Of a stretch of DNA of 64,000 nucleotides, positions 52,901-64,000 are shown piece by piece; within the stretch, counting starts at the first letter, position 1, and every line of letters starts with the position of its first letter. The stretch lies in the NCBI RefSeq assembly GCF_009914755.1, contig NC_060932.1. The stretch is one strand, 5' to 3'. The position numbers were made by a program, and so were the translations under genes. The notes under the pieces are model-generated. The model saw nothing but the letters and a program-made list of their open reading frames with translations, did not search any database and was not told where the DNA came from. This DNA is from the human T2T-CHM13v2.0 reference genome, Homo sapiens.

Positions 52901-55050
52901 ATACAGCAGTTTTGAACCACCCTTTTTGTAGAATCTGCAAGTGGATATTTGGATAGCTGTGAGGATTTCGTTGGAAACGGGAATGTCTTCATAGAAAATT
53001 TAGACAGAAGCATTCTCAGAACCTTGATTGTGATGTGTGTTCTCCACTAACAGAGTTGAACCTTTCTTTTGACAGAACTGTTCTGAAACATTCTTTTTAT
53101 AGAATCTGGAAGTGGATATTTGGAAAGCTTTGAGGATTTCGTTGGAAACGGGAATATCTTCAAATAAAATCTAGCCAGAAGCATTCTAAGAAACATCTTA
53201 GGGATGTTTACATTCAAGTCACAGAGTTGAACATTCCCTTTCACAGAGCAGGTTTGAAACAATCTTCTCGTACTATCTGGCAGTGGACATTTTGAGCTCC
53301 TTGGGGCCTATGCTGAAAAAGGAAATATCTTCCGACAAAAACTAGACAGAAGCATTCGCAGAATCACGTTTGTGATGTGTGCACTCAACTGTCAGAATTG
53401 AACCTTGGTTTGGACAGAGCACTTTTGAAACACTCTTTTTGTAGAATCTGCAGGTGGATATTTGGCTAGCTTTGAGGATTTCGTTGGAAACGGTAATGTC
53501 TTCAAAGAAAATCTAGACAGAAGCATTCTCAGAAACACCTTCGTGATGTTTGCAATCAAGTCACAGAGTTGAACCTTCCGTTTCATAGAGCAGGTTGGAA
53601 ACACTCTTTTTGTAGTATCTGGAAGTGGACATTTGGAGGGCTTTGTAGCCTATCTGGAAAAAGGAAATATCTTCCCATGAATGCGAGATAGAAGTAATCT
53701 CAGAAACATGTTTATGCTGTATCTACTCAACTAACTGTGCTGAACATTTCTATTGATAGAGCAGTTTTGAGACACTCTTCTTTTGGAATCTGCAAGTGGA
53801 TATTTGGATAGATTTGAGGATTTCGTTGGAAACGGGATTATATATCAAAAGTAGACAGCAGCATTCTCAGAAACTTCTTTGTGATGTTTGCATCCAGCTC
53901 TCAGAGTTGAACATTCCCTTTCATAGAGTAGGTTTGAAACCCTCTTTTTATAGTGTCTGGAAGCGGGCATTTGGAGCGCTTTCAGGCCTATGCTTAAAAT
54001 AGGAAATATCTACCTACAGAAACTAGACAGAAGCATTCTGAGAATCACGTTTGTGATGTGGGTACTCAACTAACAGTGTTGATCCATTCTTTTGATACAG
54101 CAGTTTTGAACCACACTTTTTGTAGAATCTGCAAGAGGATATTTGGATAGCTGTGAGGATTTCGTTGGAAACGGGAATGTCTTCAAAGAAAATCTAGACA
54201 GAAGCATTCTCAGAAACACCTTCGTGATGTTTGCAATCAAGTCACAGAGTTGAACCTTCCGTTTCATAGAGCAGGTTGGAAACACTCTTATTGTAGTATC
54301 TGGAAGTGGACATTTGGAGCGCTTTCAGGCCTATGGTGAAAAAGGAAATATCTTCCCATAAAAACGACATAGAAGCTATCTCAGGAACTTGTTTATGATG
54401 CATCTAATCAACTAACAGTGTTGAACCTTTGTACTGACAGAGCAGTTTGAAACACTCTTTTTTTGGAATCTGCAAGTGGATATTTGGATCGCTTTGAGGA
54501 TTTCGTTGGAAACGGGATGCAATATAAAACGTACACAGCAGCATACTCAGAAAATACTTTGCCATATTTCCATTCAAGTCACAGAGTGGAACATTCCCAT
54601 TCATAGAGCAGGTTGGAAACACTCTTTTTGGAGTATCTGGAAGTGGACATTTGGAGCGCTTTCTGAACTATGGTGAAAAAGGAAATATCTTCCAATGAAA
54701 ACAAGACAGAAGCATTCTGAGAAACTTATTTGTGATGTGTGTCCTCAACAAACGGACTTGAACCTTTCGTTTCATGCAGTACTTCTGGAACACTCTTTTT
54801 GAAGATTCTGCATGCGGATATTTGGATAGCTTTGAGGATTTCGTTGGAAACGGGCTTACATGTAAAAATTAGACAGCAGCATTCTCAGAAACTTCTTTGT
54901 GGTGTCTGCATTCAAGTCACAGAATTGAACATCCCCTCACATAGAGCAGTTGTGCAGCACTCTATTTGTAGTATCTGGAAGTGGACATTTGGAGGGCTTT
55001 GTAGCCTATGTGGAAAAAGGAAATATCTTCCCATGAATGCGAGATAGAAG
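28913..55050 (+). repeat. Irregular HOR mixture: 888 787 888 787887 888 78
   Basis: Unit starts 28913, 30269, 31625, 32981, 34174, 35530, 36723, 38079, 39435, 40791, 41980, 43336, 44530, 45886, 47241, 48434, 49790, 51146, 52502, 53695. Confidence 0.92.
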
Positions 55051-58000
55051 TAATCTCAGAAACATGTTTATGCTGTACCTACTCAACTAACTGTGCTGAA
55101 CATTTCTATTGATAGAGCAGTTTTGAGACACTCTTCTTTTGGAATCTGCAAGTGGATATTTGGATAGATTTGAGGATTTCGTTGGAAACGGGATTATATA
55201 TAAAAAGTAGACAGCAGCATTCTCAGAAACTTCTTTGTGATGTTTGCATCCAGCTCTCAGAGTTGAACATTCCCTTTCATAGAGTAGGTTTGAAACCCTC
55301 TTTTTATAGTGTCTGGAAGCGGGCATTTGGAGCGCTTTCAGGCCTATGCTGAAAAAGGAAATATCTACCTATAGAAACTAGACAGAAGCATTCTGAGAAT
55401 CACGTTTGTGATGTGGGTACTCAACTAACAGTGTTGATCCATTCTTTTGATACAGCAGTTTTGAACCACACTTTTTGTAGAATCTGCAAGTGGATATTTG
55501 GATAGCTGTGAGGATTTCGTTGGAAACGGGAATGTCTTCATAGAAAATTTAGACAGAAGCATTCTCAGAACCTTGATTGTGATGTGTGTTCTCCACTAAC
55601 AGAGTTGAACCTTTCTTTTGACAGAACTGTTCTGAAACATTCTTTTTATAGAATCTGGAAGTGGATATTTGGAAAGCTTTGAGGATTTCGTTGGAAACGG
55701 GAATATCTTCAAATCAAATCTAGCCAGAAGCATTCTAAGAAACATCTTAGGGATGTTTACATTCAAGTCACAGAGTTGAACATTCCCTTTCACAGAGCAG
55801 GTTTGAAACAATCTTCTCGTACTATCTGGAAGTGGACATTTTGAGCTCCTTGGGGCCTATGCTGAAAAAGGAAATATCTTCCGACAAAAACTAGACAGAA
55901 GCATTCGCAGAATCACGTTTGTGATGTGTGCACTCAACTGTCAGAATTGAACCTTGGTTTGGACAGAGCACTTTTGAAACACTCTTTTTGTAGAATCTGC
56001 AGGTGGATATTTGGCTAGCTTTGAGGATTTCGTTGGAAACGGTAATGTCTTCAAAGAAAATCTAGACAGAAGCATTCTCAGAAACACCTTCGTGATGTTT
56101 GCAATCAAGTCACAGAGTTGAACCTTCCGTTTCATAGAGCAGGTTGGAAACACTCTTTTTGTAGTATCTGGAAGTGGACATTTGGAGGGCTTTGTAGCCT
56201 ATGTGGAAAAAGGAAATATCTTCCCATGAATGCGAGATAGAAGTAATCTCAGAAACATGTTTATGCTGTATCTACTCAACTAACTGTGCTGAACATTTCT
56301 ATTGATAGAGCAGTTTTGAGACACTCTTCTTTTGGAATCTGCAAGTGGATATTTGGATAGATTTGAGGATTTCGTTGGAAACGGGATTATATATCAAAAG
56401 TAGACAGCAGCATTCTCAGAAACTTCTTTGTGATGTTTGCATCCAGCTCTCAGAGTTGAACATTCCCTTTCATAGAGTAGGTTTGAAACCCTCTTTTTAT
56501 AGTGTCTGGAAGCGGGCATTTGGAGCGCTTTCAGGCCTATGCTGAAAAAGGAAATATCTACCTATGGAAACTAGACAGAAGCATTCTGAGAATCACGTTT
56601 GTGATGTGGGTACTCAACTAACAGTGTTGATCCATTCTTTTGATACAGCAGTTTTGAACCACACTTTTTGTAGAATCTGCAAGTGGATATTTGGATAGCT
56701 GTGAGGATTTCGTTGGAAACGGGAATGTCTTCATAGAAAATTTAGACAGAAGCATTCTCAGAACCTTGATTGTGATGTGTGTTCTCCACTAACAGAGTTG
56801 AACCTTTCTTTTGACAGAACTGTTCTGAAACATTCTTGTTATAGAATCTAGAAGTGGATATTTGGAAAGCTTTGAGGATTTCGTTGGAAACGGGAATATC
56901 TTCAAATCAAATCTAGCCAGAAGCATTCTAAGAAACATCTTAGGGATGTTTACATTCAAGTCACAGAGTTGAACATTCCCTTTCACAGAGCAGGTTTGAA
57001 ACAATCTTCTCGTACTATCTGGCAGTGGACATTTTGAGCTCCTTGGGGCCTATGCTGAAAAAGGAAATATCTTCCGACAAAAACTAGACAGAAGCATTCG
57101 CAGAATCGCGTTTGTGATGTGTGCACTCAACTGTCAGAATTGAACCTTGGTTTGGACAGAGCACTTTTGAAACACTCTTTTTGTAGAATCTGCAGGTGGA
57201 TATTTGGCTAGCTTTGAGGATTTCGTTGGAAACGGTAATGTCTTCAAAGAAAATCTAGACAGAAGCATTCTCAGAAACACCTTCGTGATGTTTGCAATCA
57301 AGTCACAGAGTTGAACCTTCCGTTTCATAGAGCAGGTTGGAAACACTCTTTTTGTAGTATCTGGAAGTGGACATTTGGAGGGCTTTGTAGCCTATGTGGA
57401 AAAAGGAAATATCTTCCCATGAATGCGAGATAGAAGTAATCTCAGAAACATGTTTATGCTGTATCTACTCAACTAACTGTGCTGAACATTTCTATTGATA
57501 GAGCAGTTTTGAGACACTCTTCTTTTGGAATCTGCAAGTGGATATTTGGATAGATTTGAGGATTTCGTTGGAAACGGGATTATATATCAAAAGTAGACAG
57601 CAGCATTCTCAGAAACTTCTTTGTGATGTTTGCATCCAGCTCTCAGAGTTGAACATTCCCTTTCATAGAGTAGGTTTGAAACCCTCTTTTTATAGTGTCT
57701 GGAAGCGGGCATTTGGAGCGCTTTCAGGCCTATGCTGAAAAAGGAAATATCTACCTATAGAAACTAGACAGAAGCATTCTGAGAATCACGTTTGTGATGT
57801 GGGTACTCAACTAACAGTGTTGATCCATTCTTTTGATACAGCAGTTTTGAACCACACTTTTTGTAGAATCTGCAAGTGGATATTTGGATAGCTGTGAGGA
57901 TTTCGTTGGAAACGGGAATGTCTTCATAGAAAATTTAGACAGAAGCATTCTCAGAACCTTGATTGTGATGTGTGTTCTCCACTAACAGAGTTGAACCTTT

Positions 58001-59820
58001 CTTTTGACAGAACTGTTATGAAACATTCTTTTTATAGAATCTGGAAGTGGATATTTGGAAAGCTTTGAGGATTTCGTTGGAAACGGGAATATCTTCAAAT
58101 AAAATCTAGCCAGAAGCATTCTAAGAAACATCTTAGGGATGTTTACATTCAAGTCACAGAGTTGAACATTCCCTTTCACAGAGCAGGTTTGAAACAATCT
58201 TCTCGTACTATCTGGCAGTGGACATTTTGAGCTCCTTGGGGCCTATGCTGAAAAAGGAAATATCTTCCGACAAAAACTAGACAGAAGCATTCGCAGAATC
58301 ACGTTTGTGATGTGTGCACTCAACTGTCAGAATTGAACCTTGGTTTGGACAGAGCACTTTTGAAACACTCTTTTTGTAGAATCTGCAGGTGGATATTTGG
58401 CTAGCTTTGAGGATTTCGTTGGAAACGGTAATGTCTTCAAAGAAAATCTAGACAGAAGCATTCTCAGAAACACCTTCGTGATGTTTGCAATCAAGTCACA
58501 GAGTTGAACCTTCCGTTTCATAGAGCAGGTTGGAAACACTCTTTGTAGTATCTGGAAGTGGACATTTGGAGGGCTTTGTAGCCTATCTGGAAAAAGGAAA
58601 TATCTTCCCATGAATGCGAGATAGAAGTAATCTCAGAAACATGTTTATGCTGTATCTACTCAACTAACTGTGCTGAACATTTCTATTGATAGAGCAGTTT
58701 TGAGACACTCTTCTTTTGGAATCTGCAAGTGGATATTTGGATAGATTTGAGGATTTCGTTGGAAACGGGATTATATATCAAAAGTAGACAGCAGCATTCT
58801 CAGAAACTTCTTTGTGATGTTTGCATCCAGCTCTCAGAGTTGAACATTCCCTTTCATAGAGTAGGTTTGAAACCCTCTTTTTATAGTGTCTGGAAGCGGG
58901 CATTTGGAGCGCTTTCAGGCCTATGCTGAAAAAGGAAATATCTACCTATAGAAACTAGACAGAAGCATTCTGAGAATCACGTTTGTGATGTGGGTACTCA
59001 ACTAACAGTGTTGATCCATTCTTTTGATACAGCAGTTTTGAACCACACTTTTTGTAGAATCTGCAAGTGGATATTTGGATAGCTGTGAGGATTTCGTTGG
59101 AAACGGGAATGTCTTCATAGAAAATTTAGACAGAAGCATTCTCAGAACCTTGATTGTGATGTGTGTTCTCCACTAACAGAGTTGAACCTTTCTTTTGACA
59201 GAACTGTTCTGAAACATTCTTTTTATAGAATCTGGAAGTGGATATTTGGAAAGCTTTGAGGATTTCGTTGGAAACGGGAATATCTTCAAATCAAATCTAG
59301 CCAGAAGCATTCTAAGAAACATCTTAGGGATGTTTACATTCAAGTCACAGAGTTGAACATTCCCTTTCACAGAGCAGGTTTGAAACAATCTTCTCGTACT
59401 ATCTGGCAGTGGACATTTTGAGCTCCTTGGGGCCTATGCTGAAAAAGGAAATATCTTCCGACAAAAACTAGACAGAAGCATTCGCAGAATCACGTTTGTG
59501 ATGTGTGCACTCAACTGTCAGAATTGAACCTTGGTTTGGACAGAGCACTTTTGAAACACTCTTTTTGTAGAATCTGCAGGTGGATATTTGGCTAGCTTTG
59601 AGGATTTCGTTGGAAACGGTAATGTCTTCAAAGAAAATCTAGACAGAAGCATTCTCAGAAACACCTTCGTGATGTTTGCAATCAAGTCACAGAGTTGAAC
59701 CTTCCGTTTCATAGAGCAGGTTGGAAACACTCTTTTTGTAGTATCTGGAAGTGGACATTTGGAGGGCTTTGTAGCCTATCTGGAAAAAGGAAATATCTTC
59801 CCATGAATGCGAGATAGAAG
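55051..59820 (+). repeat. Run of four consecutive 7-mer HORs
   Basis: Spacings 1193, 1193, 1191, 1193 (starts 55051, 56244, 57437, 58628); no 8-mer-specific monomers h, i or j. Confidence 0.95.
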
Positions 59821-62800
59821 TAATCTCAGAAACATGTTTATGCTGTATCTACTCAACTAACTGTGCTGAACATTTCTATTGATAGAGCAGTTTTGAGACA
59901 CTCTTCTTTTGGAATCTGCAAGTGGATATTTGGATAGATTTGAGGATTTCGTTGGAAACGGGATTATATATCAAAAGTAGACAGCAGCATTCTCAGAAAC
60001 TTCTTTGTGATGTTTGCATCCAGCTCTCAGAGTTGAACATTCCCTTTCATAGAGTAGGTTTGAAACCCTCTTTTTATAGTGTCTGGAAGCGGGCATTTGG
60101 AGCGCTTTCAGGCCTATGCTTAAAATAGGAAATATCTACCTACAGAAACTAGACAGAAGCATTCTGAGAATCACGTTTGTGATGTGGGTACTCAACTAAC
60201 AGTGTTGATCCATTCTTTTGATACAGCAGTTTTGAACCACACTTTTTGTAGAATCTGCAAGAGGATATTTGGATAGCTGTGAGGATTTCGTTGGAAACGG
60301 GAATGTCTTCAAAGAAAATCTAGACAGAAGCATTCTCAGAAACACCTTCGTGATGTTTGCAATCAAGTCACAGAGTTGAACCTTCCGTTTCATAGAGCAG
60401 GTTGGAAACACTCTTATTGTAGTATCTGGAAGTGGACATTTGGAGCGCTTTCAGGCCTATGGTGAAAAAGGAAATATCTTCCCATAAAAACGACATAGAA
60501 GCTATCTCAGGAACTTGTTTATGATGCATCTAATCAACTAACAGTGTTGAACCTTTGTACTAACAGAGCAGTTTGAAACACTCTTTTTTTGGAATCTGCA
60601 AGTGGATATTTGGATCGCTTTGAGGATTTCGTTGGAAACGGGATGCAATATAAAACGTACACAGCAGCATACTCAGAAAATACTTTGCCATATTTCCATT
60701 CAAGTCACAGAGTGGAACATTCCCATTCATAGAGCAGGTTGGAAACACTCTTTTTGGAGTATCTGGAAGTGGACATTTGGAGCGCTTTCTGAACTATGGT
60801 GAAAAAGGAAATATCTTCCAATGAAAACAAGACAGAAGCATTCTGAGAAACTTATTTGTGATGTGTGTCCTCAACAAACGGACTTGAAACTTTCGTTTCA
60901 TGCAGTACTTCTGGAACACTCTTTTTGAAGATTCTGCATGCGGATATTTGGATAGCTTTGAGGATTTCGTTGGAAACGGTCTTACATGTAAAAATTAGAC
61001 AACAGCATTCTCAGAAACTTCTTTGTGGTGTCTGCATTCAAGTCACAGAATTGAACTTCCCCTCACATAGAGCAGTTGTGCAGCACTCTATTTGTAGTAT
61101 CTGGAAGTGGACATTTGGAGGGCTTTGTAGCCTATCTGGAAAAAGGAATTATCTTCCCATGAATGCGAGATAGAAGTAATCTGAGAAACATGTTTATGCT
61201 GTATCTACTCAACTAACTGTGCTGAACATTTCTATTGATAGAGCAGTTTTGAGACACTCTTCTTTTGGAATCTGCAAGTGGATATTTGGATAGATTTGAG
61301 GATTTCGTTGGAAACGGGATTATATATAAAAAGTAGACAGCAGCATTCTCAGAAACTTCTTTGTGATGTTTGCATCCAGCTCTCAGAGTTGAACATTCCC
61401 TTTCATAGAGTAGGTTTGAAACCCTCTTTTTATAGTGTCTGGAAGCGGGCATTTGGAGCGCTTTCAGGCCTATGCTTAAAATAGGAAATATCTACCTACA
61501 GAAACTAGACAGAAGCATTCTGAGAATCACGTTTGTGATGTGGGTACTCAACTAACAGTGTTGATCTATTCTTTTGATACAGCAGTTTTGAACCACACTT
61601 TTTGTAGAATCTGCAAGAGGATATTTGGATAGCTGTGAGGATTTCGTTGGAAACGGTAATGTCTTCAAAGAAAATCTAGACAGAAGCATTCTCAGAAATA
61701 CCTTCGTGATGTTTGCAATCAAGTCACAGAGTTGAACCTTCCGTTTCATAGAGCAGGTTGGAAACACTCTTATTGTAGTATCTGGAAGTGGACATTTGGA
61801 GCGCTTTCAGGCCTATGGTGAAAAAGGAAATATCTTCCCATAAAAACGACATAGAAGCTATCTCAGGAACTTGTTTATGATGCATCTAATCAACTAACAG
61901 TGTTGAACCTTTGTACTGACAGAGCAGTTTGAAACACTTTTTTTTTGGAATCTGCAAGTGGATATTTGGATCGCTTTGAGGATTTCGTTGGAAACGGGAT
62001 GCAATATAAAACGTACACAGCAGCATACTCAGAAAATACTTTGCCATATTTCCATTCAAGTCACAGAGTGGAACATTCCCATTCATAGAGCAGGTTGGAA
62101 ACACTCTTTTTGGAGTATCTGGAAGTGGACATTTGGAGCGCTTTCTGAACTATGGTGAAAAAGGAAATATCTTCCAATGAAAACAAGACAGAAGCATTCT
62201 GAGAAACTTATTTGTGATGTGTGTCCTCAACAAACGGACTTGAACCTTTCGTTTCATGCAGTACTTCTGGAACACTCTTTTTGAAGATTCTGCATGCGGA
62301 TATTTGGATAGCTTTGAGGATTTCGTTGGAAACGGGCTTACATGTAAAAATTAGACGGCAGCATTCTCAGAAACTTCTTTGTGGTGTCTGCATTCAAGTC
62401 ACAGAATTGAACTTCCCCTCACATAGAGCAGTTGTGCAGCACTCTATTTGTAGTATCTGGAAGTGGACATTTGGAGGGCTTTGTAGCCTATCTGGAAAAA
62501 GGAAATATCTTCCCATGAATGCGAGATAGAAGTAATCTCAGAAACATGTTTATGCTGTATCTACTCAACTAACTGTGCTGAACATTTCTATTGATAGAGC
62601 AGTTTTGAGACACTCTTCTTTTGGAATCTGCAAGTGGATATTTGGATAGATTTGAGGATTTCGTTGGAAACGGGATTATATATCAAAAGTAGACAGCAGC
62701 ATTCTCAGAAACTTCTTTGTGATGTTTGCATCCAGCTCTCAGAGTTGAACATTCCCTTTCATAGAGTAGGTTTGAAACCCTCTTTTTATAGTGTCTGGAA

Positions 62801-64000
62801 GCGGGCATTTGGAGCGCTTTCAGGCCTATGCTTAAAATAGGAAATATCTACCTACAGAAACTAGACAGAAGCATTCTGAGAATCACGTTTGTGATGTGGG
62901 TACTCAACTAACAGTGTTGATCCATTCTTTTGATACAGCAGTTTTGAACCACACTTTTTGTAGAATCTGCAAGAGGATATTTGGATAGCTGTGAGGATTT
63001 CGTTGGAAACGGGAATGTCTTCAAAGAAAATCTAGACAGAAGCATTCTCAGAAACACCTTCGTGATGTTTGCAATCAAGTCACAGAGTTGAACCTTCCGT
63101 TTCATAGAGCAGGTTGGAAACACTCTTATTGTAGTATCTGGAAGTGGACATTTGGAGCGCTTTCAGGCCTATGGTGAAAAAGGAAATATCTTCCCATAAA
63201 AACGACATAGAAGCTATCTCAGGAACTTGTTTATGATGCATCTAATCAACTAACAGTGTTGAACCTTTGTACTAACAGAGCAGTTTGAAACACTCTTTTT
63301 TTGGAATCTGCAAGTGGATATTTGGATCGCTTTGAGGATTTCGTTGGAAACGGGATGCAATATAAAACGTACACAGCAGCATACTCAGAAAATACTTTGC
63401 CATATTTCCATTCAAGTCACAGAGTGGAACATTCCCATTCATAGAGCAGGTTGGAAACACTCTTTTTGGAGTATCTGGAAGTGGACATTTGGAGCGCTTT
63501 CTGAACTATGGTGAAAAAGGAAATATCTTCCAATGAAAACAAGACAGAAGCATTCTGAGAAACTTATTTGTGATGTGTGTCCTCAACAAACGGACTTGAA
63601 ACTTTCGTTTCATGCAGTACTTCTGGAACACTCTTTTTGAAGATTCTGCATGCGGATATTTGGATAGCTTTGAGGATTTCGTTGGAAACGGTCTTACATG
63701 TAAAAATTAGACAACAGCATTCTCAGAAACTTCTTTGTGGTGTCTGCATTCAAGTCACAGAATTGAACTTCCCCTCACATAGAGCAGTTGTGCAGCACTC
63801 TATTTGTAGTATCTGGAAGTGGACATTTGGAGGGCTTTGTAGCCTATCTGGAAAAAGGAATTATCTTCCCATGAATGCGAGATAGAAGTAATCTGAGAAA
63901 CATGTTTATGCTGTATCTACTCAACTAACTGTGCTGAACATTTCTATTGATAGAGCAGTTTTGAGACACTCTTCTTTTGGAATCTGCAAGTGGATATTTG
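59821..64000 (+). repeat. Three 8-mer HORs (59821, 61177, 62533) plus the start of the next unit (63889)
   Basis: Spacing 1356 three times. Confidence 0.95.

Larger units (their letters stand above)
1..64000 (+). repeat. Centromeric alpha-satellite HOR array of mixed 7-mer and 8-mer units; dimeric suprachromosomal family 2-like, probably human chromosome 8 D8Z2
   Basis: Continuous 166-172 bp monomers starting CATTCTCAGAAAC-like, with TTCGTTGGAAACGGG and CTATGGTGAAAAAGGAA-type boxes. HOR periods of 1356 and 1193 bp come from ORF-track spacing. Alpha-satellite identity is essentially certain; the D8Z2 assignment is inferred from the 7/8/11-mer sizes (about 0.75). Confidence 0.98.

Noticed and set aside
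58327-58611. Unique longer 94-aa ORF
   Set aside because: Created by a 2-bp deletion in a T run near 58542 that joins two satellite frames.
513-63693. CRISPR-like array of the conserved GAGGATTTCGTTGGAAACGG motif
   Set aside because: The intervening sequences are 150-320 bp and themselves repeated rather than unique spacers, there are no cas genes, and the motif is the CENP-B box.
84-63885. Hundreds of 60-102 aa ORFs on both strands (MFPTCSMKRK..., MDIWIDLRISLETG..., MSSTNGLEPF...)
   Set aside because: They recur with the HOR period, overlap on both strands, often start at GTG or TTG, resemble no protein family I recognise, and appear or vanish with single-base changes. They are satellite translation artefacts.
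1-64000. Transposon insertion, inversion or non-satellite island
   Set aside because: Unit lengths sum exactly to the span 387-63888 with only 1-4 bp indels, and all boxes lie on the same strand.
1-64000. Assignment to other dimeric arrays with 8-mer, 7/11-mer or 15-mer units (chr 9, 13/21, 14/22, 15, 18, 20)
   Set aside because: The joint 7+8 mixture derived from one 11-mer fits D8Z2 best, but the alternatives are only disfavoured, not excluded, without alignment.

Overview
The whole 64 kb window is one uninterrupted, single-orientation array of primate (human-type) centromeric alpha-satellite: ~171-bp monomers with CENP-B boxes, organised as higher-order repeats (HORs). I found no genes, RNA genes, transposon insertions or inversions, and every ORF in the track is a translation artefact of the repeat. 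Spacing of a recurring anchor resolves 49 complete HOR units between 387 and 63888: 31 8-mers (1355-1356 bp) and 18 7-mers (1189-1194 bp). Their order is 888888 78787878 8 787878 7 888 787 888 787887 888 78 7777 888. Each unit type contains one hybrid monomer, and together they reconstruct an 11-monomer, 1868-bp parent HOR that is absent from the window. A 7/8/11-mer family of CENP-B-box/pJalpha dimeric monomers best fits the chromosome 8 D8Z2 array (inference, not database-checked). Notable structure: deletion junctions next to protein-binding boxes, an irregular CENP-B box rhythm in the 7-mer, chimeric 7/8 units, nested duplications (2.7 kb tandem, ~9 kb at 19.5 kb distance), a haplotype switch near 28 kb and box-inactivating variants that were copied along the array. 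Variants were read by eye, so counts may be incomplete. I see no support for a novel protein- or RNA-coding system.
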